A model generated the notes under the pieces. The model did not search any database. It saw only the letters and a program-made list of their open reading frames with translations, and was not told where the DNA came from. Shown in pieces: positions 27,501 through 43,000 of a stretch of 64,000 bases of DNA. Source of the DNA: Auanema rhodensis (Eukaryota; Animalia; Nematoda); the NCBI GenBank assembly GCA_964057225.1, contig CAXKVF010000075.1, positions 1 through 64,000 of the forward strand, in the 5' to 3' direction. Position numbers and translations under genes: made by a program. Numbering within the stretch: the first letter of the stretch is position 1; the number at the start of each line of letters is the position of its first letter.

Positions 27501-30192
27501 CGTGTACATTTAATTAGCATAAATTAAAGTTCACGTAAATTTCAAAGTCATGGTTACCATGCACCAATATCAATAAAAATTTGTTTTTAGACTAATATGG
27601 ACATGGGGAATCTAATTTTGAAAACCGCATCTCTTTATCTTTCACGTGAAGCGAGTTACATACCAAGTGCACATCACGTGTACATTTAATTAGCATAAAT
27701 TAAAGTTCACGTAAATTTCAAAGTCATGGTTACCATGCACCAATATCAATAAAAATTTGTTTTTAGACTAATATGGACATGGGGAATCTAATTTTGAAAA
27801 CCGCATCTCTTTATCTTTCACGTGAAGCGAGTTACATACCAAGTGCACATCACGTGTACATTTAATTAGCATAAATTAAAGTTCACGTAAATTTCAAAGT
27901 CATGGTTACCATGAACCAATATCAATAAAAATTTGTTTTTAGACTAATATGGACATGGGGAATCTAATTTTGAAAACCGCATCTCTTTATCTTTCACGTG
28001 AAGCGAGTTACATACCAAGTGCACATCACGTGTACATTTAATTAGCATAAATTAAAGTTCACGTAAATTTCAAAGTCATGGTTACCATGCACCAATATCA
28101 ATAAAAATTTGTTTTTAGACTAATATGGACATGGGGAATCTAATTTTGAAAACCGCATCTCTTTATCTTTCACGTGAAGCGAGTTACATACCAAGTGCAC
28201 ATCACGTGTACATTTAATTAGCATAAATTAAAGTTCACGTAAATTTCCAAGTCATGGTTACCATGCACCAATATCGATAAAAATTTGTTTTTAGACTAAT
28301 ATGGACATGGGGAATCTAATTTTGAAAACCGCATCTCTTCATCTTTCACGTGAAGCGAGTTACATACCAAGTGCACATCACGTGTACATTTAATTAGCAT
28401 AAATTAAAGTTCACGTAACTTTCAAAGTCATGGTTACCATGCACCAATATCAATAAAAATTTGTTTTTAGACTAATATGGACATGGGGAATCTGATTTTG
28501 AAAACCGCATCTCTTTATCTTTCACGTGAAGCGAGTTACATACCAAGTGCACATCACGTGTACATTTAATTAGCATAAATTAAAGTTCACGTAAATTTCA
28601 AAGTCATGGTTACCATGCACCAATATCAATAAAAATTTGTTTTTAGACTAATATGGACATGGGGAATCTAATTTTGAAAACCGCATCTCTTTATCTTTCA
28701 CGTGAAGCGAGTTACATACCAAGTGCACATCACGTGTACATTTAATTAGCATAAATTAAAGTTCACGTAAATTTCAAAGTCATGGTTACCATGAACCAAT
28801 ATCAATAAAAATTTGTTTTTAGACTAATATGGACATGGGGAATCTAATTTTGAAAACCGCATCTCTTTATCTTTCACGTGAAGCGAGTTACATACCAAGT
28901 GCACATCACGTGTACATTTAATTAGCATAAATTAAAGTTCACGTAACTTTCAAAGTCATGGTTACCATGCACCAATATCAATAAAAATTTGTTTTTAGAC
29001 TAATATGGACATGGGGAATCTAATTTTGAAAACCGCATCTCTTTATCTTTCAAGTGAAGCGAGTTACATACCAAGTGCACATCACGTGTACATTTAATTA
29101 GCATAAATTAAAGTTCACGTAAATTTCAAAGTCATGGTTACCATGAAGCAATATCAATAAAAATTTGTTTTTAGACTAATATGGACATGGGGAATCTAAT
29201 TTTGAAAACCGCATCTCTTTATCTTTCACGTGAAGCGAGTTACATACCAAGTGCACATCACGTGTACATTTAATTAGCATAAATTAAAGTTCACGTAAAT
29301 TTCAAAGTCATGGTTACCATGCACCAATATCAATAAAAATTTGTTTTTAGACTAATATGGACATGGGGAATCTAATTTTGAAAACCGCATCTCTTCATCT
29401 TTCACGTGAAGCGAGTTACATACCAAGTGCACATCACGTGTACATTTAATTAGCATAAATTAAAGTTCACGTAACTTTCAAAGTCATGGTTACCATGCAC
29501 CAATATCAATAAAAATTTGGTTTTAGACTAATATGGACATGGGGAATCTAACTTTGAAAACCGCATCTCTTTATCTTTCACGTGAAGCGAGTTACATACC
29601 AAGTGCACATCACGTGTACATTTAATTAGCATAAATTAAAGTTCACGTAACTTTCAAAGTCATGGTTACCATGCACCAATATCAATAAAAATTTGTTTTT
29701 AGACTAATATGGACATGGGGAATCTAATTTTGAAAACCGCATCTCTTTATCTTTCACGTGAAGCGAGTTACATACCAAGTGCACATCACGTGTACATTTA
29801 ATTAGCATAAATTAAAGTTCACGTAAATTTCAAAGTCATGGTTACCATGCACCAATATCAATAAAAATTTGTTTTTAGACTAATATGGACATGGGGAATC
29901 TAATTTTGAAAACCGCATCTCTTTATCTTTCACGTGAAGCGAGTTACATACCAAGTGCACATCACGTGTACATTTAATTAGCATAAATTAAAGTTCACGT
30001 AAATTTCAAAGTCATGGTTACCATGCACCAATATCAATAAAAATTTGTTTTTAGACTAATATGGACATGGGGAATCTAATTTTGAAAACCGCATCTCTTT
30101 ATCTTTCACGTGAAGCGAGTTACATACCAAGTGCACATCACGTGTACATTTAATTAGCATAAATTAAAGTTCACGTAACTTTCAAAGTCATG
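24561..30192. repeat. 16-monomer (2816-bp) tandem duplication, 2 near-identical copies
   Basis: Rare SNP pairs exactly 2816 bp apart: A168C 25432/28248, A20G 25460/28276, A62G 25678/28494, C93A 26237/29053, C12G 26332/29148, T32G 26704/29520, T64C 26736/29552, A163C 27363/30179. Confidence 0.92.
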
Positions 30193-33100
30193 GTTACCAT
30201 GCACCAATATCAATAAAAATTTGTTTTTAGACTAATATGGACATGGGGAATCTAATTTTGAAAACCGCATCTCTTTATCTTTCACGTGAAGCGAGTTACA
30301 TACCAAGTGCACATCACGTGTACATTTAATTAGCATAAATTAAAGTTCACGTAAATTTCAAAGTCATGGTTACCATGCACCAATATCAATAAAAATTTGT
30401 TTTTAGACTAATATGGACATGGGGAATCTAATTTTGAAAACCGCATCTCTTTATCTTTCACGTGAAGCGAGTTACATACCAAGTGCACATCACGTGTACA
30501 TTTAATTAGCATAAATTAAAGTTCACGTAAATTTCAAAGTCATGGTTACCATGCACCAATATCAATAAAAATTTGTTTTTAGACTAATATGGACATGGGG
30601 AATCTAATTTTGAAAACCGCATCTCTTTATCTTTCACGTGAAGCGAGTTACATACCAAGTGCACATCACGTGTACATTTAATTAGCATAAATTAAAGTTC
30701 ACGTAACTTTCAAAGTCATGGTTACCATGCACCAATATCAATAAAAATTTGTTTTTAGACTAATATGGACATGGGGAATCTAATTTTGAAAACCGCATCT
30801 CTTTATCTTTCACGTGAAGCGAGTTACATACCAAGTGCACATCACGTGTACATTTAATTAGCATAAATTAAAGTTCACGTAAATTTCAAAGTCATGGTTA
30901 CCATGCACCAATATCAATAAAAATTTGTTTTTAGACTAATATGGACATGGGGAATCTAATTTTGAAAACCGCATCTCTTTATCTTTCACGTGAAGCGAGT
31001 TACATACCAAGTGCACATCACGTGTACATTTAATTAGCATAAATTAAAGTTCACGTAAATTTCAAAGTCATGGTTACCATGAACCAATATCAATAAAAAT
31101 TTGTTTTTAGACTAATATGGACATGGGGAATCTAATTTTGAAAACCGTATCTCTTTATCTTTCACGTGAAGCGAGTTACATACCAAGTGCACATCACGTG
31201 TACATTTAATTAGCATAAATTAAAGTTCACGTAAATTTCAAAGTCATGGTTACCATGAACCAATATCAATAAAAATTTGTTTTTAGACTAATATGGACAT
31301 GGGGAATCTAATTTTGAAAACCGCATCTCTTTATCTTTCACGTGAAGCGAGTTACATACCAAGTGCACATCACGTGTACATTTAATTAGCATAAATTAAA
31401 GTTCACGTAACTTTCAAAGTCATGGTTACCATGCACCAATATCAATAAAAATTTGTTTTTAGACTAATATGGACATGGGGAATCTAATTTTGAAAACCGC
31501 ATCTCTTTATCTTTCACGTGAAGCGAGTTACATACCAAGTGCACATCACGTGTACATTTAATTAGCATAAATTAAAGTTCACGTAAATTTCAAAGTCATG
31601 GTTACCATGCACCAATATCAATAAAAATTTGTTTTTAGACTAATATGGACATGGGGAATCTAATTTTGAAAACCGCATCTCTTTATCTTTCACGTGAAGC
31701 GAGTTACATACCAAGTGCACATCACGTGTACATTTAATTAGCATAAATTAAAGTTCACGTAACTTTCAAAGTCATGGTTACCATGCACCAATATCAATAA
31801 AAATTTGTTTTTAGACTAATATGGACATGGGGAATCTAATTTTGAAAACCGCATCTCTTTATCTTTCACGTGAAGCGAGTTACATACCAAGTGCACATCA
31901 CGTGTACATTTAATTAGCATAAATTAAAGTTCACGTAAATTTCAAAGTCATGGTTACCATGCACCAATATCAATAAAAATTTGTTTTTAGACTAATATGG
32001 ACATGGGGAATCTAATTTTGAAAACCGCATCTCTTTATCTTTCACGTGAAGCGAGTTACATACCAAGTGCACATCACGTGTACATTTAATTAGCATAAAT
32101 TAAAGTTCACGTAAATTTCAAAGTCATGGTTACCATGCACCAATATCAATAAAAATTTGTTTTTAGACTAATATGGACATGGGGAATCTAATTTTGAAAA
32201 CCGCATCTCTTTATCTTTCACGTGAAGCGAGTTACATACCAAGTGCACATCACGTGTACATTTAATTAGCATAAATTAAAGTTCACGTAAATTTCAAAGT
32301 CATGGTTACCATGCACCAATATCAATAAAAATTTGTTTTTAGACTAATATGGACATGGGGAATCTAATTTTGAAAACCGCATCTCTTCATCTTTCACGTG
32401 AAGCGAGTTACATACCAAGTGCACATCACGTGTACATTTAATTAGCATAAATTAAAGTTCACGTAAATTTCAAAGTCATGGTTACCATGCACCAATATCA
32501 ATAAAAATTTGTTTTTAGACTAATATGGACATGGGGAATCTAATTTTGAAAACCGCATCTCTTTATCTTTCACGTGAAGCGAGTTACATACCAAGTGCAC
32601 ATCACGTGTACATTTAATTAGCATAAATTAAAGTTCACGTAAATTTCAAAGTCATGGTTACCATGCACCAATATCAATAAAAATTTGTTTTTAGACTAAT
32701 ATGGACATGGGAAATCTAATTTTGAAAACCGCATCTCTTCATCTTTCACGTGAAGCGAGTTACATACCAAGTGCACATCACGTGTACATTTAATTAGCAT
32801 AAATTAAAGTTCACGTAACTTTCAAAGTCATGGTTACCATGCACCAATATCAATAAAAATTTGTTTTTAGACTAATATGGACATGGGGAATCTAATTTTG
32901 AAAACCGCATCTCTTTATCTTTCACGTGAAGCGAGTTACATACCAAGTGCACATCACGTGTACATTTAATTAGCATAAATTAAAGTTCACGTAAATTTCA
33001 AAGTCATGGTTACCATGCACCAATATCAATAAAAATTTGTTTTTAGACTAATATGGACATGGGGAATCTAATTTTGAAAACCGCATCTCTTTATCTTTCA

Positions 33101-36100
33101 CGTGAAGCGAGTTACATACCAAGTGCACATCACGTGTACATTTAATTAGCATAAATTAAAGTTCACGTAAATTTCAAAGTCATGGTTACCATGAACCAAT
33201 ATCAATAAAAATTTGTTTTTAGACTAATATGGACATGGGGAATCTAATTTTGAAAACCGTATCTCTTTATCTTTCACGTGAAGCGAGTTACATACCAAGT
33301 GCACATCACGTGTACATTTAATTAGCATAAATTAAAGTTCACGTAAATTTCAAAGTCATGGTTACCATGCACCAATATCAATAAAAATTTGTTTTTAGAC
33401 TAATATGGACATGGGGAATCTAATTTTGAAAACCGCATCTCTTTATCTTTCACGTGAAGCGAGTTACATACCAAGTGCACATCACGTGTACATTTAATTA
33501 GCATAAATTAAAGTTCACGTAAATTTCAAAGTCATGGTTACCATGAACCAATATCAATGAAAATTTGTTTTTAGACTAATATGGACATGGGGAATCTAAT
33601 TTTGAAAACCGCATCTCTTTATCTTTCACGTGAAGCGAGTTACATACCAAGTGCACATCACGTGTACATTTAATTAGCATAAATTAAAGTTCACGTAACT
33701 TTCAAAGTCATGGTTACCATGCACCAATATCAATAAAAATTTGTTTTTAGACTAATATGGACATGGGGAATCTAATTTTGAAAACCGCATCTCTTTATCT
33801 TTCACGTGAAGCGAGTTACATACCAAGTGCACATCACGTGTACATTTAATTAGCATAAATTAAAGTTCACGTAAATTTCAAAGTCATGGTTACCATGCAC
33901 CAATATCAATAAAAATTTGTTTTTAGACTAATATGGACATGGGGAATCTAATTTTGAAAACCGCATCTCTTTATCTTTCACGTGAAGCGAGTTACATACC
34001 AAGTGCACATCACGTGTACATTTAATTAGCATAAATTAAAGTTCACGTAAATTTCAAAGTCATGGTTACCATGCACCAATATCAATAAAAATTTGTTTTT
34101 AGACTAATATGGACATGGGGAATCTAATTTTGAAAACCGCATCTCTTTATCTTTCACGTGAAGCGAGTTACATACCAAGTGCACATCACGTGTACATTTA
34201 ATTAGCATAAATTAAAGTTCACGTAAATTTCAAAGTCATGGTTACCATGCACCAATATCAATAAAAATTTGTTTTTAGACTAATATGGACATGGGGAATC
34301 TAATTTTGAAAACCGCATCTCTTCATCTTTCACGTGAAGCGAGTTACATACCAAGTGCACATCACGTGTACATTTAATTAGCATAAATTAAAGTTCACGT
34401 AAATTTCAAAGTCATGGTTACCATGCACCAATATCAATAAAAATTTGTTTTTAGACTAATATGGACATGGGGAATCTAATTTTGAAAACCGCATCTCTTT
34501 ATCTTTCACGTGAAGCGAGTTACATACCAAGTGCACATCACGTGTACATTTAATTAGCATAAATTAAAGTTCACGTAAATTTCAAAGTCATGGTTACCAT
34601 GCACCAATATCAATAAAAATTTGTTTTTAGACTAATATGGACATGGGGAATCTAATTTTGAAAACCGCATCTCTTCATCTTTCACGTGAAGCGAGTTACA
34701 TACCAAGTGCACATCACGTGTACATTTAATTAGCATAAATTAAAGTTCACGTAAATTTCAAAGTCATGGTTACCATGCACCAATATCAATAAAAATTTGT
34801 TTTTAGACTAATATGGACATGGGGAATCTAATTTTGAAAACCGCATCTTTTTATCTTTCACGTGAAGCGAGTTACATACCAAGTGCACATCACGTGTACA
34901 TTTAATTAGCATAAATTAAAGTTCACGTAAATTTCAAAGTCATGGTTACCATGAACCAATATCAATAAAAATTTGTTTTTAGACTAATATGGACATGGGG
35001 AATCTAATTTTGAAAACCGCATCTCTGTATCTTTCACGTGAAGCGAGTTACATACCAAGTGCACATCACGTGTACATTTAATTAGCATAAATTAAAGTTC
35101 ACGTAACTTTCAAAGTCATGGTTACCATGCACCAATATCAATAAAAATTTGTTTTTAGACTAATATGGACATGGGGAATCTAATTTTGAAAATCGCATCT
35201 CTTTATCTTTCACGTGAAGCGAGTTACATAGCAAGTGCACATCACGTGTACATTTAATTAGCATAAATTAAAGTTCACGTAAATTTCAAAGTCATGGTTA
35301 CCATGCACCAATATCAATACAAATTTGTTTTTAGACTAATATGGACATGGGGAATCTAATTTTGAAAACCGCATCTCTTTATCTTTCACGTGAAGCGAGT
35401 TACATACCAAGTGCACATCACGTGTACATTTAATTAGCATAAATTAAAGTTCACGTAAATTTCAAAGTCATGGTTACCATGAACCAATATCAATAAAAAT
35501 TTGTTTTTAGACTAATATGGACATGGGAAATCTAATTTTGAAAACCGCATCTCTTTATCTTTCACGTGAAGCGAGTTACATACCAAGTGCACATCACGTG
35601 TACATTTAATTAGCATAAATTAAAGTTCACGTAAATTTCAAAGTCATGGTTACCATGAACCAATATCAATAAAAATTTGTTTTTAGACTAATATGGACAT
35701 GGGGAATCTAATTTTGAAAACCGCATCTCTTTATCTTTCACGTGAAGCGAGTTACATACCAAGTGCACATCACGTGTACATTTAATTAGCATAAATTAAA
35801 GTTCACGTAACTTTCAAAGTCATGGTTACCATGCACCAATATCAATAAAAATTTGTTTTTAGACTAATATGGACATGGGGAATCTAATTTTGAAAACCGC
35901 ATCTCTTTATCTTTCACGTGAAGCGAGTTACATACCAAGTGCACATCACGTGTACATTTAATTAGCATAAATTAAAGTTCACGTAAATTTCAAAGTCATG
36001 GTTACCATGAACCAATATCAATAAAAATTTGTTTTTAGACTAATATGGACATGGGGAATCTAATTTTGAAAACCGCATCTCTTTATCTTTCACGTGAAGC

Positions 36101-36528
36101 GAGTTACATACCAAGTGCACATCACGTCTACATTTAATTAGCATAAATTAAAGTTCACGTAAATTTCAAAGTCATGGTTACCATGCACCAATATCAATAA
36201 AAATTTGTTTTTAAACTAATATGGACATGGGGAATCTAATTTTGAAAACCGCATCTCTTTATCTTTCACGTGAAGCGAGTTACATACCAAGTGCACATCA
36301 CGTGTACATTTAATTAGCATAAATTAAAGTTCACGTAAATTTCAAAGTCATGGTTACCATGCACCAATATCAATAAAAATTTGTTTTTAGACTAATATGG
36401 ACATGGGGAATCTAATTTTGAAAACCGCATCTCTTTATCTTTCACGTGAAGCGAGTTACATACCAAGTGCACATCACGTGTACATTTAATTAGCATAAAT
36501 TAAAGTTCACGTAAATTTCAAAGTCATG

Positions 36529-39500
36529 GTTACCATGAACCAATATCAATAAAAATTTGTTTTTAGACTAATATGGACATGGGGAATCTAATTTTGAAAA
36601 CCGCATCTCTTTATCTTTCACGTGAAGCGAGTTACATACCAAGTGCACATCACGTGTACATTTAATTAGCATAAATTAAAGTTCACGTAAATTTCAAAGT
36701 CATGGTTACCATGAACCAATATCAATAAAAATTTGTTTTTAGACTAATATGGACATGGGGAATCTAATTTTGAAAACCGCATCTCTTTATCTTTCACGTG
36801 AAGCGAGTTACATACCAAGTGCCCATCACGTGTACATTTAATTAGCATAAATTAAAGTTCACGTAAATTTCAAAGTCATGGTTACCATGCACCAATATCA
36901 ATAAAAATTTGTTTTTAGACTAATATGGACATGGGGAATCTAATTTTGAAAACCGCATCTCGTTATCTTTCACGTGAAGCGAGTTACATACCAAGTGCAC
37001 ATCACGTGTACATTTAATTAGCATAAATTAAAGTTCACGTAAATTTCAAAGTCATGGTTACCATGCACCAATATCAATAAAAATTTGTTTTTAGACTAAT
37101 ATGGACATGGGGAATCTAATTTTGAAAACCGCATCTCTTTATCTTTCACGTGAAGCGAGTTACATACCAAGTGCACATCACGTGTACATTTAATTAGCAT
37201 AAATTAAAGTTCACGTAAATTTCAAAGTCATGGTTACCATGCACCAATATCAATAAAAATTTGTTTTTAGACTAACATGGACATGGGGAATCTAATTTTG
37301 AAAACCGCATCTCTTTATCTTTCAAGTGAAGCGAGTTACATACCAAGTGCACATCACGTGTACATTTAATTAGCATAAATTAAAGTTCACGTAAATTTCA
37401 AAGTCATGGTTACCATGAACCAATATCAATAAAAATTTGTTTTTAGACTAATATGGACATGGGGAATCTAATTTTGAAAACCGCATCTCTTTATCTTTCA
37501 CGTGAAGCGAGTTACATACCAAGTGCACATCACGTGTACAGTTAATTAGCATAAATTAAAGTTCACGTAAATTTCAAAGTCATGGTTACCATGAACCAAT
37601 ATCAATAAAAATTTGTTTTTAGACTAATATGGACATGGGGAATCTAAATTTGAAAACCGCATCTCTTTATCTTTCACGTGAAGCGAGTTACATACCAAGT
37701 GCACATCACGTGTACATTTAATTAGCATAAATTAAAGTTCACGTAACTTTCAAAGTCATGGTTACCATGCACCAATATCAATAAAAATTTGTTTTTAGAC
37801 TAATATGGACATGGGGAATCTAATTTTGAAAACCGCATCTCTTTATCTTTCACGTGAAGCGAGTTGCATACCAAGTGCACATCACGTGTACATTTAATTA
37901 GCATAAATTAAAGTTCACGTAAATTTCAAAGTCATGGTTACCATGAACCAATATCAATAAAAATTTGTTTTTAGACTAATATGGACATGGGGAATCTAAT
38001 TTTGAAAACCGCATCTCTTTATCTTTCACGTGAAGCGAGTTACATACCAAGTGCACATCACGTGTACATTTAATTAGCATAAATTAAAGTTCACGTAAAT
38101 TTCAAAGTCATGGTTACCATGAACCAATATCAATAAAAATTTGTTTTTAGACTAATATGGACATGGGGAATCTAATTTTGAAAACCGCATCTCTTTATCT
38201 TTCACGTGAAGCGAGTTACATACCAAGTGCCCATCACGTGTACATTTAATTAGCATAAATTAAAGTTCACGTAAATTTCAAAGTCATGGTTACCATGCAC
38301 CAATATCAATAAAAATTTGTTTTTAGACTAATATGGACATGGGGAATCTAATTTTGAAAACCGCATCTCGTTATCTTTCACGTGAAGCGAGTTACATACC
38401 AAGTGCACATCACGTGTACATTTAATTAGCATAAATTAAAGTTCACGTAAATTTCAAAGTCATGGTTACCATGCACCAATATCAATAAAAATTTGTTTTT
38501 AGACTAATATGGACATGGGGAATCTAATTTTGAAAACCGCATCTCTTTATCTTTCACGTGAAGCGAGTTACATACCAAGTGCACATCACGTGTACATTTA
38601 ATTAGCATAAATTAAAGTTCACGTAAATTTCAAAGTCATGGTTACCATGCACCAATATCAATAAAAATTTGTTTTTAGACTAACATGGACATGGGGAATC
38701 TAATTTTGAAAACCGCATCTCTTTATCTTTCAAGTGAAGCGAGTTACATACCAAGTGCACATCACGTGTACATTTAATTAGCATAAATTAAAGTTCACGT
38801 AAATTTCAAAGTCATGGTTACCATGAACCAATATCAATAAAAATTTGTTTTTGGACTAATATGGACATGGGGAATCTAATTTTGAAAACCGCATCTCTTT
38901 ATCTTTCACGTGAAGCGAGTTACATACCAAGTGCACATCACGTGTACAGTTAATTAGCATAAATTAAAGTTCACGTAAATTTCAAAGTCATGGTTACCAT
39001 GAACCAATATCAATAAAAATTTGTTTTTAGACTAATATGGACATGGGGAATCTAAATTTGAAAACCGCATCTCTTTATCTTTCACGTGAAGCGAGTTACA
39101 TACCAAGTGCACATCACGTGTACATTTAATTAGCATAAATTAAAGTTCACGTAACTTTCAAAGTCATGGTTACCATGCACCAATATCAATAAAAATTTGT
39201 TTTTAGACTAATATGGACATGGGGAATCTAATTTTGAAAACCGCATCTCTTTATCTTTCACGTGAAGCGAGTTGCATACCAAGTGCACATCACGTGTACA
39301 TTTAATTAGCATAAATTAAAGTTCACGTAAATTTCAAAGTCATGGTTACCATGAACCAATATCAATAAAAATTTGTTTTTAGACTAATATGGACATGGGG
39401 AATCTAATTTTGAAAACCGCATCTCTTTATCTTTCACGTGAAGCGAGTTACATACCAAGTGCACATCACGTGTACATTTAATTAGCATAAATTAAAGTTC

Positions 39501-40048
39501 ACGTAAATTTCAAAGTCATGGTTACCATGAACCAATATCAATAAAAATTTGTTTTTAGACTAATATGGACATGGGGAATCTAATTTTGAAAACCGCATCT
39601 CTTTATCTTTCACGTGAAGCGAGTTACATACCAAGTGCCCATCACGTGTACATTTAATTAGCATAAATTAAAGTTCACGTAAATTTCAAAGTCATGGTTA
39701 CCATGCACCAATATCAATAAAAATTTGTTTTTAGACTAATATGGACATGGGGAATCTAATTTTGAAAACCGCATCTGGTTATCTTTCACGTGAAGCGAGT
39801 TACATACCAAGTGCACATCACGTGTACATTTAATTAGCATAAATTAAAGTTCACGTAAATTTCAAAGTCATGGTTACCATGCACCAATATCAATAAAAAT
39901 TTGTTTTTAGACTAATATGGACATGGGGAATCTAATTTTGAAAACCGCATCTCTTTATCTTTCACGTGAAGCGAGTTACATACCAAGTGCACATCACGTG
40001 TACATTTAATTAGCATAAATTAAAGTTCACGTAAATTTCAAAGTCATG
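36529..40048. repeat. 8-monomer (1408-bp) higher-order repeat, about 2.5 copies
   Basis: A119C 36823/38231/39639; T44C 37276/38684; C93A 37325/38733; T133G 37541/38949; T64A 37648/39056; A106G 37866/39274. Confidence 0.9.
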
Positions 40049-43000
40049 GTTACCATGCACCAATATCAATAAAAATTTGTTTTTAGACTAATATGGACAT
40101 GGGGAATCTAATTTTGAAAACCGCATCTCTTTATCTTTCACGTGAAGCGAGTTACATACCAAGTGCCCATCACGTGTACATTTAATTAGCATAAATTAAA
40201 GTTCACGTAAATTTCAAAGTCATGGTTACCATGCACCAATATCAATAAAAATTTGTTTTTAGACTAATATGGACATGGGGAATCTAATTTTGAAAACCGC
40301 ATCTCGTTATCTTTCACGTGAAGCGAGTTACATACCAAGTGCACATCACGTGTACATTTAATTAGCATAAATTAAAGTTCACGTAAATTTCAAAGTCATG
40401 GTTACCATGCACCAATATCAATAAAAATTTGTTTTTAGACTAATATGGACATGGGGAATCTAATTTTGAAAACCGCATCTCTTTATCTTTCACGTGAAGC
40501 GAGTTACATACCAAGTGCACATCACGTGTACATTTAATTAGCATAAATTAAAGTTCACGTAAATTTCAAAGTCATGGTTACCATGCACCAATATCAATAA
40601 AAATTTGTTTTTAGACTAATATGGACATGGGGAATCTAATTTTGAAAACCGCATCTCGTTATCTTTCACGTGAAGCGAGTTACATACCAAGTGCACATCA
40701 CGTGTACATTTAATTAGCATAAATTAAAGTTCACGTAAATTTCAAAGTCATGGTTACCATGCACCAATATCAATAAAAATTTGTTTTTAGACTAATATGG
40801 ACATGGGGAATCTAATTTTGAAAACCGCATCTCTTTATCTTTCACGTGAAGCGAGTTACATACCAAGTGCACATCACGTGTACATTTAATTAGCATAAAT
40901 TAAAGTTCACGTAAATTTCAAAGTCATGGTTACCATGCACCAATATCAATAAAAATTTGTTTTTAGACTAATATGGACATGGGGAATCTAATTTTGAAAA
41001 CCGCATCTCTTTATCTTTCACGTGAAGCGAGTTACATACCAAGTGCACATCACGTGTACATTTAATTAGCATAAATTAAAGTTCACGTAAATTTCAAAGT
41101 CATGGTTACCATGCACCAATATCAATAAAAATTTGTTTTTAGACTAATATGGACATGGGGAATCTAATTTTGAAAACCGCATCTCTTTATCTTTCACGTG
41201 AAGCGAGTTACATACCAAGTGCACATCACGTGTACATTTAATTAGCATAAATTAAAGTTCACGTAAATTTCAAAGTCATGGTTACCATGAACCAATATCA
41301 ATAAAAATTTGTTTTTAGACTAATATGGACATGGGGAATCTAATTTTGAAAACCGCATCTCTTTATCTTTCACGTGAAGCGAGTTACATACCAAGTGCCC
41401 ATCACGTGTACATTTAATTAGCATAAATTAAAGTTCACGTAAATTTCAAAGTCATGGTTACCATGCACCAATATCAATAAAAATTTGTTTTTAGACTAAT
41501 ATGGACATGGGGAATCTAATTTTGAAAACCGCATCTCCTTATCTTTCACGTGAAGCGAGTTACATACCAAGTGCACATCACGTGTACATTTAATTAGCAT
41601 AAATTAAAGTTCACGTAAATTTCAAAGTCATGGTTACCATGCACCAATATCAATAAAAATTTGTTTTTAGACTAATATGGACATGGGGAATCTAATTTTG
41701 AAAACCGCATCTCTTCATCTTTCACGTGAAGCGAGTTACATACCAAGTGCACATCACGTGTACATTTAATTAGCATAAATTAAAGTTCACGTAAATTTCA
41801 AAGTCATGGTTACCATGCACCAATATCAATAAAAATTTGTTTTTAGACTAATATGGACATGGGGAATCTAATTTTGAAAACCGCATCTCTTTATCTTTCA
41901 CGTGAAGCGAGTTACATACCAAGTGCACATCACGTGTACATTTAATTAGCATAAATTAAAGTTCACGTAAATTTCAAAGTCATGGTTACCATGCACCAAT
42001 ATCAATAAAAATTTGTTTTTAGACTAATATGGACATGGGGAATCTAATTTTGAAAACCGCATCTCTTCATCTTTCACGTGAAGCGAGTTACATACCAAGT
42101 GCACATCACGTGTACATTTAATTAGCATAAATTAAAGTTCACGTAAATTTCAAAGTCATGGTTACCATGCACCAATATCAATAAAAATTTGTTTTTAAAC
42201 TAATATGGACATGGGGAATCTAATTTTGAAAACCGCATCTCTTTATCTTTCACGTGAAGCGAGTTACATACCAAGTGCACATCACGTGTACATTTAATCA
42301 GCATAAATTAAAGTTCACGTAAATTTCAAAGTCATGGTTACCATGCACCAATATCAATAAAAATTTGTTTTTAGACTAATATGGACATGGGGAATCTAAT
42401 TTTGAAAACCGCATCTCTTTATCTTTCACGTGAAGCGAGTTACATACCAAGTGCACATCACGTGTACATTTAATTAGCATAAATTAAAGTTCACGTAAAT
42501 TTCAAAGTCATGGTTACCATAAACCAATATCAATAAAAATTTGTTTTTAGACTAATATGGACATGGGGAATCTAATTTTGAAAACCGCATCTCTTTATCT
42601 TTCACGTGAAGCGAGTTACATACCAAGTGCACATCACGTGTACATTTAATTAGCATAAATTAAAGTTCACGTAAATTTCAAAGTCATGGTTACCATGAAC
42701 CAATATCAATAAAAATTTGTTTTTAGACTAATATGGACATGGGGAATCTAATTTTGAAAACCGCATCTCTTTATCTTTCAAGTGAAGCGAGTTACATACC
42801 AAGTGCACATCACGTGTACATTTAATTAGCATAAATTAAAGTTCACGTTAATTTCAAAGTCATGGTTACCATGCACCAATATCAATAAAAATTTGTTTTT
42901 AGACTAATATGGACATGGGGAATCTAATTTTGAAAACCGCATCTCGTTATCTTTCACGTGAAGCGAGTTACATACCAAGTGCACATCACGTGTACATTTA

